From positions 9,092,525 through 9,156,524 of the forward strand of contig NC_133621.1 of assembly GCF_048593235.1 (NCBI RefSeq): DNA of 64,000 bases. The letters run 5' to 3'. Numbering within the stretch: the stretch's first letter is position 1; each line of letters opens with the position of its first letter. The notes beneath the pieces were generated by a model. The model saw only the letters and a program-made list of their open reading frames with translations. It was not told the origin of the DNA and searched no databases. Below, piece by piece: positions 60,926 to 64,000 of this stretch. Source of the DNA: Sminthopsis crassicaudata (Eukaryota). A program made the translations under genes and the position numbers.

Positions 60926-63900
60926 CAAAAAGGANNNNNNNNNNNNNNNNNNNNNNNNNNNNNNNNNNNNNNNNNNNNNNNNNNNNNNNNNNNNNNNNNN
61001 NNNNNNNNNNNNNNNNNNNNNNNNNNNNNNNNNNNNNNNNNNNNNNNNNNNNNNNNNNNNNNNNNNNNNNNNAGAGAACCTTCAAAAACAAAGGGGTTAT
61101 AAAACTTTGTTAAGAAAAATAAATCTTTTAAAACTCAAATTGACTAAATTATGGGTAGTCAAAACCTCAGTGAAGAAAATATTTTAAAATTAGAATTGAG
61201 CAAGTAGAAGCTAAAGATTCCATAAGACATCAAGAAACAATAAAACAAAAATTTTAAAACACGGAAAAATGGAAGAAAATGTTAAGTATCACATTGAAAA
61301 TAAAACAATTGCATGAAAAAATACATTAAGGAGAGATAATTTAAGAATTATTGAACTGTCTGAAAGCCCCAATCAAAGAAAGAGTCTAGACATCATATTT
61401 CAAAAAAAATCAACAAGAAAAAATTGCCTTGATATCCTAGAATCAGTCAGGTCTAATTTAGATGAACTGATGCAAAGTGAAGTGAATAGAACCATTAAAA
61501 CATTGTAGCTCTAAAAGTAATCTTATGATGATGAACAATTGTGAAAGACTAAGCAATTTTAATCCATATAATCATATAGGACATGCTAACACCTCTACAG
61601 AGAGAACTGATCAACACAAAGTACAAATTGATGGATACTTTTGTAAACTTTCTTTTTCTTGCTCTCATGTGTGTTTAGTCATGTGCTCTCATGACTAATG
61701 TGGAAATAAGCTTTTCATTGTTTCACCCATATAATTGATATCATATTGCTTGTTTTCTCAATGGGTGAAGGAGAAGGGAAAGGGAGAAAATTTGGAAATC
61801 AATTTTTTTAAAGATGTATATAAAAATAAAATTTACAGTGTTGAAAAAACCTTAGCTCAGTCACCTCCAACACAAAGTAATTCTTTTCCCAATGCCCTCA
61901 ATTGTTAATTTCTCCTAACTCCCAAGTTATTTCTATATAACTCATACTTATATGTTATTTTATTTTTCCACTTGATAGTAGAATGTTAGCTCCTTGAAGC
62001 AGGAAGTGCTTCCTTTATATCTTCATTTCCTCAACACTTACATAGAACGTTAGGGGCAAATTTGTGATCATACAACTTGAGGAAATTCCAGATAACTACT
62101 GATAAATATGGGCAACTGAAGTGTGATCTTAGGTGCCCAGGATATTGAAAGTTCAAGGGACTTACCAAGTCTCTTCAATCATTATATACCAGTAGGAGAA
62201 GCTTGGTCTTTTGGCTTAGAAGATCACCTTAATATCCACTATGCAACACTGCCTCCTAACACCTAGTAGTGCTTAATAAATGCTTTTTGAATTAATGTTT
62301 TTTTTAACTAATAGAGAAAACAGGGGATCATATCAACATTCATATCTCCTAAACAATACCCCTTAAAATTACACTAGATCTAAACTATTATGAAATCAAC
62401 TCCTCTTGTTTTGATCCACTTTAAATTCCAAGGAAAATAAATAAGAAATATATATATTTTCTTTTATCTCCCTGTTAAAGTGCCTTTAACTCTCAAGGAT
62501 GAAAGATGATGGGGAGAAACAAAACATAACCGATATAACTCATGGCTCACAAGTAAAGCTCTGGGCTTTGCACAGACTGGGCTCAATTGTGGCCCTCTCC
62601 TTTTATTTATACTGTGAACCCATTCAACATTTCCCTTATTAACATCAGGATTTATTTTATATTTAAGTCAACACAACAAAAGGAAAAATAGTATTGTATT
62701 CAACACCCCTGAAATTACTAATCCCAACAAGGCATCTAATATAGACTAGGTGTGAACCAATAAAAATGCATTCTCCATCCTTCTTTAATGAGACTCAGTT
62801 TCTCAATACATAGAAGCTCTTATTTTTGGTGGATCTCCTATGTCAGGGGGGAGAGAACTTAGGTTTTCAGAGAATTATTAACGTCAATCTTGTTTCCTGT
62901 GAGTTATACCTCTTTGTGAATGCATATGTCCTCTTGACTTAAAGCAAAAATAAGAATGCTTTCTCTTATCAAATAAAGATATTTTCTTCTAAGCTAACCT
63001 GTGCATTTAAAAAAATTAAAAATATTATTCCCATTTTAGTGATAAGAAGAGTAAGACTAAAAAATAAGTAATTTTCAATGAATAGTTGTGATTATACCTC
63101 TCATAATTCTTTCCCCTCTTGTTTGTAAATACAAACTAAATTTAATATTTTCTGAATAATTATTTAATATCTTTGGGGGAGGGAGAAAGTATGTAAATGT
63201 GTGTCTTGTCTATGGAAATGAAAGTCTGGTGAAAGTTTTCCCAGTTAGTGGAAAATATGTAATCCCTTAGAATCATTATGATTTGCTTCAGTCACCCACC
63301 CAGATTCTCTGAAGTAATGAAGGGTTAGCCCAGAGACACACAAGAGTCTTGGACTGAATTTCTGAAGTTTGAGGGTTGTTATTTTGCTTTAATATGTTAA
63401 ATATGGGATGCTTTCCTCCAACCATTTGATGAACAAATGTTACCAGAAGAAAACCTGTAGCCTTCATCAACCAAAACAATGAAAGCCAGCTTCTTTCCAA
63501 ATGAAAGTACATAGAAGAAAAATAGCAGACGTCCTTGTGGTCAGGGAAGTCTGGCTTCCAAAGCACAATGGTTATTTAGGACATGTCTTCAAATCTAGGG
63601 TCAGTCCTTCCAGAAGTCTTTTATCTCCAATTCAGATTTTGAAACTGCACCTTGTGCCGTAAATGTGCAAAAGTGTGCAAAGGACTTATTCATTCAACAA
63701 ACATTTATTTGAAACTTACTGTATGACATTTGGGATCCAAAATCAAAATGAAGTAGCCTCGTGCTCAAGATGCTTATATTTGTTAGGCAGAGAGAGATGG
63801 TGTATATGTAGATTAATAAATGTAAAATATATAAAAAGCAATTTCATAGGAGGAGGGAGTACAATGGCAATTGGGGAATCGATATAGGCAAGCAGTTGAT

Positions 63901-64000
63901 GCCTGAAAAAAAAAGTATTGATAGAAAAAAGGAAGTTCATGGAATGGAGCAAGAAAAAATTAGATTGTATACAATGGAGATGATCTATAGAAAGGTTCAG

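Larger units (their letters stand above)
60300..61832 (+). mobile_element. L1 with ORF1 remnant joined directly to the ORF2-end/3' UTR; nested SINEs
   Basis: ORF1-like RIEQVEAKDSIRHQETIK and gagataatttaagaattattg (RRDNLRII-like) up to about 61447, then gatgaactgatgcaaagtgaagtg from the ORF2 end. Confidence 0.8.

Noticed and set aside
1-64000. CRISPR array, rRNA, prokaryotic operon or novel multi-gene system
   Set aside because: No regularly spaced repeats with unique spacers and no dense coding; the window is eukaryotic intron, UTR and intergenic DNA.

Overview
Vertebrate genomic DNA, AT-rich, CpG-depleted and repeat-dense, with eight short N gaps. The repeat content (WSINE1-, MAR1- and WALLSI-like SINEs, marsupial-type L1 3' ends, BovB-like RTE) points to a marsupial, probably a dasyurid; this is inference from recalled repeat consensus sequences. 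The window holds the 3' end of HDAC9 on the + strand. Three coding exons (20450-20534, 35858-36002, 51632-51671) have canonical GT-AG sites and matching phases (0>1>2). They join to LDPVPEDVLHQTPNRNAIISLQKTTEIQ-S-KYWKSVERFSGCALTGTQEQEQEERETVSALASLSVDVDQCFAKEDS-R-PAGEPMDEDPAL*, which I recognise as the class IIa HDAC9 C-terminus. A probable ~6.1 kb 3' UTR ends at an AATAAA at 57794. The rest is intron or intergenic DNA with L1, L2, CR1/L3, RTE, MIR-type SINEs, hAT MITEs, one ERV LTR, microsatellites and several CpG-retaining non-repeat blocks that may be enhancers (mammalian HDAC9 introns are known to host TWIST1 enhancers). The best lead is that the penultimate exon, which encodes the nuclear-export region, begins with a perfect GTAAGT. 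This makes it a candidate recursive-splicing exon whose removal would switch to a 108-codon alternative frame in the last exon. I see no prokaryotic-type system, CRISPR array, rRNA or tRNA gene. Repeat family names come from memory and their boundaries are approximate. The exon upstream of 20450 is not visible in the window.
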